37,761 nucleotides of DNA from Rhizaria sp. SCN 62-66. Taxonomy: Eukaryota. Where the stretch lies: contig MEDY01000303.1 in NCBI GenBank assembly GCA_001724265.1, forward strand, positions 1 through 37,761, written 5' to 3'. The notes below the pieces were generated by a model. The model was not told where the DNA came from. It searched no databases and worked only from the letters and a program-made list of their open reading frames with translations. How positions within the stretch are numbered: the first letter of the stretch is position 1; each line of letters opens with the position of its first letter. Positions 37,345 to 37,761 of this stretch are shown piece by piece. A program made the translations under genes and the position numbers.

Positions 37345-37761
37345 TTACGCGAGCCAGACGAAGGGCTTGGGGGTGAGGGTGGTGACGGGCACGGAGGGGG
37401 CGATGAAGCGAGCGACCTGGGGCTGGGCGGGCTGGCGCTTGAGCTGGACGCGAACGCCGGTGGCGCGGGCCTCAGCCTTGAGGGCCTGGTTGCGCTTGAC
37501 GCGCTCGAGGAACTCCTTGCGGCAGGCGGAGTGGTTCACGTGCTCAATGCGGACGTGGATGCGCTTGGCCATGATGCGGCCGTTGACGCGCTTGTTGACG
37601 ACGACACCGATGGCGCGGCGGGTAACGTTCCAGACGGTACCGGTCTTGCCGTGGTAGAACTTGTGGGGCATACCCTTGTGGAGGGAGCCATCACCCTTGA
37701 GGTCGACGATGTCGCCGACGCGGTAGGTGGTCTGGAACTTGGACAGGGCAACAGTGCCGTG
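37345..37761 (-). CDS. RPL21: 60S ribosomal protein L21 (eL21), 5'-truncated by the window
   Basis: Minus frame HGTVALSKFQTTYRVGDIVDLKGDGSLHKGMPHKFYHGKTGTVWNVTRRAIGVVVNKRVNGRIMAKRIHVRIEHV. Ends in TAA. Confidence 0.97.
   Translation of the reverse strand, partial: HGTVALSKFQTTYRVGDIVDLKGDGSLHKGMPHKFYHGKTGTVWNVTRRAIGVVVNKRVNGRIMAKRIHVRIEHVNHSACRKEFLERVKRNQALKAEARATGVRVQLKRQPAQPQVARFIAPSVPVTTLTPKPFVWLA

Overview
Gene-dense nuclear DNA from a protist-like eukaryote. Coding regions are GC-rich and full of Ala/Gly low-complexity tracts; intergenic DNA is AT-richer, and the GT-AG introns are 135-270 nt. Thirteen protein-coding genes are supported: calmodulin (3' end), MED17-like, two tandem papain-family paralogues (one with an eroded active site), mitochondrial uS10, CTP synthase, ataxin-2/Pbp1, DGAT2, a small CCHC protein, a divergent Rab-like GTPase, a ~2630-aa PH-WD40 protein, OCRL/INPP5B and RPL21 (3' part). 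The main observation is that two otherwise intact genes (MED17-like at 1390-1392, Rab-like at 23710-23712) carry an in-frame TAG inside conserved structure, while none of the 13 gene ends is TAG (9 TAA, 4 TGA). This suggests a nuclear genetic code in which UAG is a sense codon, most likely Leu, while UAA and UGA stay stops. All 11 coding-region intron donors also read GTNCG instead of the usual GTRAG. Family assignments come from motifs recognised by eye; no database search was run.
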